From Schizochytrium sp. TIO01 (Eukaryota > Protista > Bigyra: Labyrinthulomycetes): a DNA stretch of 64,000 bases. Below the pieces are notes generated by a model. That model did not search any database and was not told the DNA's origin. It was given only the letters and a program-made list of their open reading frames with translations. The position numbers and the translations under genes are program-made. The stretch covers positions 1,116,001 to 1,180,000 of the forward strand of contig SMSO01000005.1 in the NCBI GenBank assembly GCA_004764695.1, given 5' to 3'. Positions 50,920 to 60,486 of the stretch are shown here, piece by piece (positions within the stretch are counted from its first letter, which is position 1; each line of letters opens with the position of its first letter).

Positions 50920-52258
50920 TGTGCTTGTCGATCTGTCAAGTAGACCTTGTATTAGTTTGCACGACGACTGAGTGTCTCTTTCACTCGTCACAAAGAACGC
51001 GCAAAGCTAAACCAAGTACTGAGCAGCACGGACGCAACACGCACGAGCTGGCTGATCGCCTGAAGAATCGTTTCGGGTTTGCTTTCGCCTCTGCTTCTTC
51101 TCGCAACTTGGCCTCATCTCATTTCATGCTAGCCACTTTCCTTCAACCTATACACGATACAATAAATAAATAATACACGGACATGGCAACTACTAGGACT
51201 TCCTACCCCTCCCCTATGCCCCGTTCTTCCAGGCCCTGTTCTTCCCGAGCCTCACTCCCCCTATTACCCCTATCAAAGCCGCCATGTAATGCGTTCTTTT
51301 TTTCTCTCTCCTTCTCTCTTTCCAACAACAAAGAAAAATTAAAATTAATTTCTTCTGAATCGCCATTGCAAACCGAGATTTTCAAGTTGATACGAGCCCA
51401 ATGTGGATCGGGGCTGGTTATAACTTTCTCTAGAGTATAGCCTACGAGGCCCTGCCGCTCGAACCTGCTCTTGTAGCAGTCCGGGCCTCCGCGGAGGGCA
51501 TTGTAATTGTCTCTATCTCCGTAGTTAATCTTCTATGAACGTTATACGGACGCATAGGACTTACTTAGCGAACGCTAGTGAGTGCTGCCGCTTGCTTAAG
51601 CCGAAGAACCGGCGCTCCACAGAAAGAACACTCAGAACGGAACAGGGCCGCGCAACGCGAGCCGCACGTTCCACCATACTGATAGTGTAGGAGAACATGC
51701 AGGAACGATGATCGCTCCTAGGCGACAGATAGGGGGGCCTAGGGAGACGGCCGCGGAAGAAAGATCGAGAAGAAAGGGGTAATGGAGGGACCCCGAGGTT
51801 ATGGCGGGCAGGAGGAGGGGTAGATAGGAGGAGATAGAAAGGTGAGGAGATAGAATGGGAATAAGGGGGGGGGGGCATGGAGGGAGTTAGGCAGCAGAAA
51901 AGATCCTGGTAGAAGACTTGCGCAGAAACCTGGATATTCATGTAGACGGGATAGACGTGGCTGGCTGGCTGGCTAGGTTCTTGGCACGGTAGAAGGAGCT
52001 GCAGACAGGCAAACGAGGAGGCAAGGCGTAGTATTGGAGGAAGAGATTGGAGATAAGGTCAACAGCTGACTTCGTGTTGATCGTGTTGAAAAGAGGAGAA
52101 GACGTATCTGAGATACCTTGGCAGCGAGTGCCTGCCGGGCGAAGAACTCGAAGCAGGTCGCCGATTTCTAGTCTCAGAGAGAAGACCTCAATCGCAAGCT
52201 TGTACTCTTTGAAGAGCTTGAGAACCGAGGTTCCTTGACAGCCACTATAGTTGTAATA
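50920..52258. promoter_or_regulatory. Divergent (bidirectional) intergenic region between hisD and the HAD phosphatase
   Basis: Head-to-head gene geometry. Pyrimidine-rich block at about 51190-51325, purine-rich block at about 51730-51900, and palindrome CCTCCGCGGAGG at 51486-51497. Confidence 0.5.
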
Positions 52259-53065
52259 ATGGAAAAATTACGAGCCGTGCTCATCGATCTCAATGGGACC
52301 CTCCATGTTGGAGACCAAGTCATTGGCGAATCCATCGCAGCTCTAAACCGTCTTCGTGCCAGTAATTTTGCCATCAGATTTGTGTCGAACACTAGCAAGG
52401 AAAGCAAACGATCATTGCTTGATCGCGTGCATAAAATAGGACTTGATGTCCGCGAAGAAGAACTCTTCACCTCCCTTTCCGCAGTGCGCGCAGAAGTAGA
52501 CCGCCGTGGACTCAAGAACCCACTTCTTCTCCTATCAGACTCCGCAAAGGAAGATTTCAAAACTATTTCCGATGAAGAAGCTGACAAATTACCCCATGAC
52601 GGTGTTGTCATTGGTCTTGCGCCAACGCAAATGCACTACAAAGCGCTTGACACTGCTTTCAAAGCGCTACATAGCGACCAAAACGTTCCTCTTTTAGCAG
52701 CGCACAAAGGTCGCTACCTTGCTTCTAAAGAAGGAATTAATATTGGACCCGGTGCTTTTGTTGCAGCACTGGAGTACTCTAGTGACAGAGAGGCTGTTGT
52801 CTTAGGAAAGCCCTCTCGCGGATTCTTCATGCAGGCATTAGCAAGTTTTGCCATGCCTGACCTACAGCTCGATCAAGTTGCGATGATTGGCGACGATGTT
52901 CGCGATGATGTTCTTGCAGCGAAGGAGCATGGTCTCTTTGGAGTCTTGGCACAAACGGGAAAATACAAACCTGGAGATGAGACGAAACATGGCCAAGAAC
53001 CAGATCTTCTTGTTTCTGACTTTGCCAGTTTCGTAGATCAGCTTCTCGCAGAGTCTTCATCATAA
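52259..53065 (+). CDS. HAD-superfamily subfamily IIA hydrolase, HDHD2/LHPP-like
   Basis: Motif I LIDLNGTLH, motif II FVSNTS, motif III GKP, motif IV MIGDDVRDDV, plus QTGKY..GDE. The cap region AAHKGRY..GPGAFVAALEY is typical of HDHD2/LHPP. First ATG at 52259. Confidence 0.92.
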   Translation: MEKLRAVLIDLNGTLHVGDQVIGESIAALNRLRASNFAIRFVSNTSKESKRSLLDRVHKIGLDVREEELFTSLSAVRAEVDRRGLKNPLLLLSDSAKEDFKTISDEEADKLPHDGVVIGLAPTQMHYKALDTAFKALHSDQNVPLLAAHKGRYLASKEGINIGPGAFVAALEYSSDREAVVLGKPSRGFFMQALASFAMPDLQLDQVAMIGDDVRDDVLAAKEHGLFGVLAQTGKYKPGDETKHGQEPDLLVSDFASFVDQLLAESSS

Positions 53066-53563
53066 AACACCTCCCTTCCCCCTCTTAGATAAATGTATTA
53101 TCCTTCGTTATATATTGGTAGGCCGAGCTCTTCAGAGTTCATTTTTAATTGTTCATAAAACTTCTCTCTTATAATTCTTAACTCAAGGGAGCCTAAGTAC
53201 ATTTATACCCGGCAAGCATCGCTGCTCTTGACTTAATTCTACAGGGTGATAGCAACTTTGATTTTTACCTTAGTTTGTCCCATTCTTCCATCGTCTTGCT
53301 GGTTACCCGAAAAGCTCCGGGCTAAATTCTCTTTTATCTTTTATTGCAAAATGTGGGAGGGGAACGACGAGAAAGGCAAACATCTGTTCACACTCTTGTG
53401 TGGCAGATTGCACAGAAAACCATGGCTATAAAACGAAGCATATTGATTGATGATATATTTTATAACATTTATCTCAGAAAGAATCTTGTTGACTTTCCTA
53501 TACAATATCGCACTTACTGCTAATTGGATGACTGATTGGTTAGACTGATGCAGCTGTTTATTG

Positions 53564-56242
53564 TTAATGTTGAAACTGCTGCTGCTGTTGCTGCTGCTGC
53601 TGGCGTGAAAGAATCATCTTAAACATGCCACGGTGAGTGTTCACATGCAGAGAATGAATTGGGCGAGCCCGCGCGAACAACAACTCCTCAATCTTGTCAG
53701 CATGGCGATTGAGAGCAATTTTCTTGAGAAGCTGAAGAGAACTGTGCTCTGGGTCTTTGAGAAGCTTACGCAGGATAGCCTGCAACTGACGAACCACAGT
53801 ACGCTCAAGATTGGCACTCTGGTTAAGCAAAGTACGCACAACATCGCGCTCGGACTCCGGCGCAAATTCGGACACATTCTCCGCTACGTCCTGAAGTGTT
53901 ACAGGCGAAGAAGTGTCGCTGCTCGGCAGGAGGAGCGCCTGAAGCGTACTGGGGTGATCCCCAGAAGACTTACCAAGAAGGGCCATTTCAGCCACAGCGA
54001 TACGAGAAAACGCTAGCACACGGTCCCGTAACTCGCAGATATCCATGAAGTCAAACTCTGCAAGCGTCTCAGGCAAATCACGCGGCTCAAGAGGCTCGTC
54101 TCGCGTAAGGAGGCATACAAGACCCTCAATCGCCACATCATCAGCATCCGAAGAACCTGAGCTAGCCATGGCCTCCGTAAGCCAGGACTCCGTACGACAC
54201 GGAGCCACACCCAGAGGACCCTTGCGGTACTCGCCTTGTTGCAAACGGTCCATAAATTTGTCACGGAGATAGGCGGCACCATTATCACCCTGGACATGGT
54301 CCCGAAGAACCCGAAGATGGAAGTTCGCCATATCAAGCTCTATGGTCGCAAGCTCACGCAAAACAAAGTTAAATGCCCGGGCGGCGAGGTTTTGCCACGT
54401 CTGACGACGCTCCTGCGCAGCAACATGCAAATCCATTAGCCATTGCTCCGTTGAAGCTTGACGGACGGGAGCTTGAAGTGCCAAGAGGCGCTCTCCGATG
54501 AATTGCACTAAGCTATATAGGTCAGTGTGGCCCATAGCATTCTCATGAATTTGCTGTGCCAAGAGTTCGTGGTCGAGACGCTCCTCCAGCTGGCGAATTA
54601 AATCAGCACGGTTAGGCGTAAGTGCTGAAAGCCGATCCCGTACATCGGCGACGATATCTGGCAGGATGTCGGGCGAGATAGAAACGTTTTCGACATCTAC
54701 TATATCCTGCGACTCCTCGTTGTTGAGGGAAAGCTTGTACTCGGGATCCACCAACAGGCGATGAAGCATTTCTTCATTACTAGGTACATGCGGCGTTGAC
54801 GGAGACACCGGAACCTTGGGTAGGGATGCGGTTGGCGGTACTGATCCAGATGCCCGACCCTCGCTCGGCGTAGGTTTGGCCTGATTCAGGTGTGCAAAAC
54901 GTTGACGAACACGTGCGATCCAATCTTTGTAGAGTTGCGGGTCGCGTAGGACCGTCTTTACGCGGGTACGGATATCCACAAGCTGCGCTGCAGTTCCTTC
55001 CATGTGCTGCAATAGGCCCGGGTCTGGGTTGTCCTGACCCTCCAGCATATCGCGTACTTGGTGATGGTTTTCCTTGATTTGTACATATGTCTCGAAGAAC
55101 TGGTCTGCGACAACAAGCGCATCGACCTGCTTCCAAGAATAAAACGCCCGAGCGTATGCCAGATGCGCATTTCTGGTAAAGGCGACCCTGCGAGCGACAC
55201 GACGAGGGTTTCCAGTGCCCAGCGCTGCATCAAGTCCTCGAAGGACCTTGAACAGATTCTTTGCAGCAATGCCGAGTCTTTTGCGCATCTTTACGCGTGT
55301 GCCTTGCTCCTCATCGGTCTCTTCCTTTCCTAGCACCGTCTCTGGGTGGTTCACAATCATATGCACCGCGAGAAACGTACGTGCCGCGCTGACAGTTGTT
55401 GCCACCTTCGGCTTTAACGAAGCGCCAGCTCGCAGAATATCCAGAAACTTTCGAGCTGTATCAACGAGTTTCGGGTCACCAAGTCGGGTCGCCACTTCCT
55501 CGAATGAAGGCTGATTCCACGAGAAGCCTAGAACATCTCGAAGCGGGACTAAAGCTTGTACGAGACTCTTTGCTCGCGCCGTACGTCGCCACCACGCCTG
55601 CACACGGCGTGTCATTCGAAGGCGATCGCAGGTCTCCTGCACCCTCGAAAGATGCTCGCGAACCTGCGATAGCTTGCGCTCGTACTCGACGGCACGGCGC
55701 TCTTCAGCTTCACTGATGCGTATTTCAAGGTCGAGAGAGGCTCCAACAGAATCGTCAGATGCATCGCTGTCGGCGAGAGGACGACGAGCACGTTCCTTAA
55801 TTGCATTCAGGATTCGAGTGCGGCGAGCTTCGGCAGCGCGGAGTTTACCTTGGATTTGTAACGCAAGCTCGCGACGAGCGTCTTCACGCTCCTGGGAGCG
55901 ACGCCGAGCGATGGCCTTGGCGCGTGCAACCTTGCGGGAGTTCTCGCGGACTTGCAGAAGAAGAAGTTCGTCGCGACGCTTCTTGGCATCCGGGCTGCGA
56001 GCTAAGGAAAGTGGCCTCATGTTGGAGGCAGGAGACCTGTGCCTCTTTTCTAGTCTCATGCGCACGGGGCTCATGGGCGCGTTGGGAACCGAGGTTGGAG
56101 AACGAGGCAAGACAGCCCAGCTGAGGCTACTGTCGTCTGCGACACAGCTCCCGCTTTCGTCTTCGGCGCAGGCAGCGTCCACGCGGAGCTGCGACATCTT
56201 CTCTCGGGCTGTGCTCATGGTGCACGCACTGAAGTTCTGCAT
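53564..56242 (-). CDS. T-complex protein 11 (TCP11/SOK1)-family protein with N-terminal coiled coil, IQ-like motif and C-terminal polyQ
   Basis: 892-aa ORF. N-terminal charged helix (KLRAAEARR), IQ-like RRVQAWWRR, RTFLAVHMIVNHPETVL, FYSWKQVD, NEEMLHRLLVDPEY, LDHELLAQQI, LQAPVR, ELDMANFHL, TESWL, LPETL..D. The start could instead be the second Met (56218). Confidence 0.85.
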   Translation of the reverse strand: MQNFSACTMSTAREKMSQLRVDAACAEDESGSCVADDSSLSWAVLPRSPTSVPNAPMSPVRMRLEKRHRSPASNMRPLSLARSPDAKKRRDELLLLQVRENSRKVARAKAIARRRSQEREDARRELALQIQGKLRAAEARRTRILNAIKERARRPLADSDASDDSVGASLDLEIRISEAEERRAVEYERKLSQVREHLSRVQETCDRLRMTRRVQAWWRRTARAKSLVQALVPLRDVLGFSWNQPSFEEVATRLGDPKLVDTARKFLDILRAGASLKPKVATTVSAARTFLAVHMIVNHPETVLGKEETDEEQGTRVKMRKRLGIAAKNLFKVLRGLDAALGTGNPRRVARRVAFTRNAHLAYARAFYSWKQVDALVVADQFFETYVQIKENHHQVRDMLEGQDNPDPGLLQHMEGTAAQLVDIRTRVKTVLRDPQLYKDWIARVRQRFAHLNQAKPTPSEGRASGSVPPTASLPKVPVSPSTPHVPSNEEMLHRLLVDPEYKLSLNNEESQDIVDVENVSISPDILPDIVADVRDRLSALTPNRADLIRQLEERLDHELLAQQIHENAMGHTDLYSLVQFIGERLLALQAPVRQASTEQWLMDLHVAAQERRQTWQNLAARAFNFVLRELATIELDMANFHLRVLRDHVQGDNGAAYLRDKFMDRLQQGEYRKGPLGVAPCRTESWLTEAMASSGSSDADDVAIEGLVCLLTRDEPLEPRDLPETLAEFDFMDICELRDRVLAFSRIAVAEMALLGKSSGDHPSTLQALLLPSSDTSSPVTLQDVAENVSEFAPESERDVVRTLLNQSANLERTVVRQLQAILRKLLKDPEHSSLQLLKKIALNRHADKIEELLFARARPIHSLHVNTHRGMFKMILSRQQQQQQQQQFQH

Positions 56243-57724
56243 TTGCTGTACCTCGACTAATTACACTGACACATTCATTACATTGATTTACATCACTTTT
56301 CTTTCACAATTCTTTCGCTTTTCTTTCTCTCCAAGTGAGTTCCTTTCCCTGTTATAGATAGATAGGCCTATCATTTACTATTATTATCGTATCATCATTG
56401 TCTTAAATACTAAAAATACTATTTTTAATTTAAACAATTAAATTAGAAGGTCGCCATAAAGTTGCTCTTCATTCATGAAAATCGCTGTCTATCTACTGCA
56501 TGAAAGATACCCTGCTGTGATGCCGGGCTAGGCGCCTGACCCTTCGTTCGACTGCTTGACTGTCTCCTTATTCTGTATTCGCCCTCGCCTCTTCTAGCGT
56601 TGATGCTGCCTATATCCATGTTGTGTGGGAGATGCTTATCCTCCTCAGTTCTGAGACTCTGGAGCCTCCGTTTGTTTACTTACCTCAAACCAAACCAAAC
56701 AAACCAAACAAAACAAAACAAATCAATTTATCAAGTTATCGAATACTTATTAGTTAATTAGTCACACATTCAATTTCTTCGAGCTTTCTTGGAGCTTTCT
56801 TCGCCCTTTCTTTCTTTCTTTCTTTCTCCTTTCCTTCTTTCCGCGAGAACAGTGCTTTCGATGCATGTTTTGCGTGAATGCCTTCAACCGAGTGTTGGTC
56901 TGAGCAGCGCGAGAAGACTTGAACGACGGCATATGACGAAGTACACATACACCCATTTCGTGTTTCCCGACCCTCGCGATCTTCGAGTCGAATGTCTGAG
57001 ACTGACTGACCGACCGACTGACTTAACTCAGGTTGACTCGACTAGACAGCACAATAGAGGAGGAGGCAGTCCACTCTCTGTTCTTTCCTCCACGATCCAT
57101 CGCGACTGGTACAGTATCTGGTAGGTCGGTGCTTACGCCCGTGGCCATCATTTTTTAAAGTTAAAAAAATAAAATAAAAAATCATTTTGTTGAATAAAAG
57201 AATATTTGTTATTCAATTTTAAAAGAAAAAAGCGAAGGAAAGAATTAATCAATCACAATCAATACATACATACATCAACATACAAACAAACAAACGAATT
57301 CTACACATCATGATGCACCATAAGAACCATATATCTTTCTTATGGCCAGGCACCTCCTAGGGTACCGACGAGAAGGCCATTGTGAAAAGAAATCAAGATT
57401 GTCATGTCTTCAGGCAGTCGGACGAGCGAAAGATCAAGATCAAATGACCACAAGGTACAGTCGAACTCGAGGGTTCAGACCCAGGACCAGGCTCAAGTGC
57501 TGCTGCAATCTGATGACGTGTGTAGTGGTTCTGACACCGCCGATAGAATGAATTGCAGGATATTTCAAGATCGAATGATCGAATGAATGATCGATCGATT
57601 CATTGCGGGCACGCGCTCTCTTGAAGTTAAGGCCTTTGTTCTCCTGTCTTTAAAAAATGTGAATCAAAGTCATAAAATATGTACTATTATACCTAGGTAC
57701 ACCCTATAGGCCTGTTCTAATTAT

Positions 57725-57764
57725 GAAGAAGAAGAAGAAGAAGAAGAAGAAGAAGAAGAAGAAG
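57725..57764. repeat. (GAA)13 microsatellite
   Basis: Read directly. Confidence 0.95.
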
Positions 57765-60486
57765 AGAATTCATGTGTGATAGAGAGAGAGGGAATTGGAT
57801 TGCACTCTTTCTCAGGGGAATTGGGGCCTATGGTTTAGGGTACAAGACCATTAGTGCACGGGGATGGGAAGTTTTTTACATCGAAAAGAAGAATTGACAG
57901 CGAAGAACTTGATCTCAGTCAGTCAGTCATTCATTTATGATTTATTCAAGTTAGCACTTTGATAGAAGGAGAGAGCTTCGGTGTGCGAGAGAGTACCGTG
58001 GCTCTCAACAGGGATTTCGATAGAGAAGGAGGTCTGAAGGCTGGATATTTCAAGAGACCCCCTCTCGCTGGGGCCGCCTTGAGGAGATCTCTCTTTGTTG
58101 TGGTGATGGAAATGAAAGAAAGGATTTCTGCTTTTTTATTTTTGCTTTTTTTCCCTTTGTTGCCTATTATCTCCTTTCCTTTATACTGCTAAATCACTCC
58201 TTTTAAATATGAAAATGAAATGTACATGTAATAGAATGAAGAACTAGGAAAAGGTGGATGAGGAACCTAGCTACTTTCGCCTTGATTGGGGTGCTCACCT
58301 ATGCACCACCCTGGTGTGATGAAAATTAAACCAATCAAACAATGTGATGTGTATCCTGCCAACTGAGTTGTTTTTTATCTCATAGATCAGCATTGTGTCT
58401 CTCGCGACACCACCCTCTTCTTTTTCTGTAAAGGTATTCTATCGCACAGAGAGTGTACGCTAGTACTAGTCCTATACCTCTAATAGTAGCAGTGGTTAAA
58501 ATAATAGTATTAGGTTAAATGTTAAGGAGGCATTAGCAGTAAGTACGGTCTCAATTTTATTTAGTTTGTTCGTCTCAACAAAGGTTGCTCATTGCCTATG
58601 TTGCGACTCTGGAAGAGTGCGGATGATAGCACTCTTTGGAGACGCTTTGCGACTCACCGGTCGCGTTGGGCCCCTCGTCTGCAACCAAACCTACACATAC
58701 GAATGCCCTCCCTGCGCAATTGATAAATCTTTGTGTGAGTGAGCTTCGCGAAGTGCCAGAATCGTACTCCTTCGAAGAGAAGAGTGGATAGAACCAGAAG
58801 AATTGAAAGGCACCAAAACAAGAGGCACCTAGCTACCTGACTTGGCAATATTGAAGCAAAGGGTAAAACGAAGCGTAGACAGCTGCGATAAGTCAAAACG
58901 CAGAGTGGGTTGCGCGTGGAGATTTGAGATTCTGTGCTCTGAGGCGATGAGGGTATCTGCTTTGTATTGAGTGCCTTGGGAAAGGTGTTGGCGACCCTGG
59001 TAGAGTTCGGTTTATGTTGCTACATTGCTATCTCGAGTTCTATCAGCTTTGGTAGAAGAACAAGAAGCACAAGAAGAAAGGGAAAAGGAGTGATGCATCA
59101 AATCAATCACAATTGGAAAATAGGTATAACAAGTTGGTCTACGTCTTGCTTGGAGATGGCGTCACATGTCCAAAACAAAATTTAGTATCCTGCCTAGGAA
59201 TCACACATGCTCTGAGTCTTCGATCCCCGAGACGTCATCGTCTGTGTAAATTTGATTTCACAATGCAGCCTTGCTCTCCCTACTCCTTGCGATGAGTTGC
59301 CAAAACTATATTGTGAATCTGTGAGATCTCTCTCGGACCGACACTTGAGCTACACGCCTGTAGTGAATGCACCGGCTCAAAGCTGACATTGTAACCCTAA
59401 GTTAATAAATAAGATGAAAACTGTAATTATTTATCACGTTTGATATTGCATTTTACTTAGATCTCACTCCCTTTATCTTGATCATCGTTTCGTTTTTTTT
59501 TTTTTCAGATACTAAAGATAAATTGAGCTATGAGAGCTCAGCAGAACAAGTAAAACATGAGAAAGCCATAGACAGCGTATTCCGAGGGACGATTTGCAGG
59601 TGAAAAAAAGCACCACACGAATCTTCTATATAACTTATGTTTGCATCAAGTAGATTAGTTGCAGACCAGCTACGCGCAAATGTGACCCTGCAAGAAGTTC
59701 GCTAGCACTTTCTAATTATAAATGCATCCAATCTACAAGTTACCTAGTACTTTCCAAGGGATGTACTACTAATAATGCTTTCATGAAAAGTTAAGAAAAG
59801 TTAAGAGCAGCCCCTACAAATCGCAATGTAGCAAGTTACAGTCGAAGAAAACTCCATGTTCAGTTGCAAATCCTCAATCTTCTCAAATAAACACAACGTA
59901 ACGAATGGTTGCGCATAGCCCCGACCAAACGCATAATATTGAGCACATTTTCGAGTCCAAAATCTAGTACCTACTATGCTAAACACATGACCAGAATAAA
60001 ACAACATTCAAGAAAACAGCTACCCCCAGTTGCATTTGCACTAGAACCGGCATCATCATCGAGGTCTACCCCATTGTGGTATGACTTCCTAGGATCCCTA
60101 ATAGTTTGCCTGGCCTAATCAATACTAGCAAACTTCTAGGTGCATGAAAGACGCGGAGTCCTGTGCACGTGCACGAGTTGGATTAGGCGAGCGAGCAAGA
60201 GATAGAAGCTATATAGATTAAACTGCAGCACTCAAGTTGGTTACATGTGCTACTACTACAAAGGCGAGCTACTAGTGTTTCTACCATCAACACCATGGAA
60301 GGTATCAAGTAATGTGCACGATAGTACTCGAGTAAAAGCACAACCTGCGCGTTCAAGTGAGCTCCACGGCTCGAACAGAGTCAGGACCTCGCTCAAGTCA
60401 TCTCTGGGAGGGCCTCAGAGAAGTCTTGGCGACAACTAGCAATCATAAACAGGCGTGGGCCAGCTAGCGATCCTGTATAGAGGAGT

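Noticed and set aside
50164-50943. 259-aa and 188-aa (49489-50055) ORFs antisense to hisD, and a 227-aa ORF (55674-56357) antisense to the TCP11 gene
   Set aside because: Shadow ORFs caused by biased codon usage on the coding strand; no recognisable motifs.
50920-50991. 24-aa N-terminal extension of HisD in the ORF track
   Set aside because: Begins at a non-ATG codon; ATG 50919 has a good context and matches the onset of codon bias.
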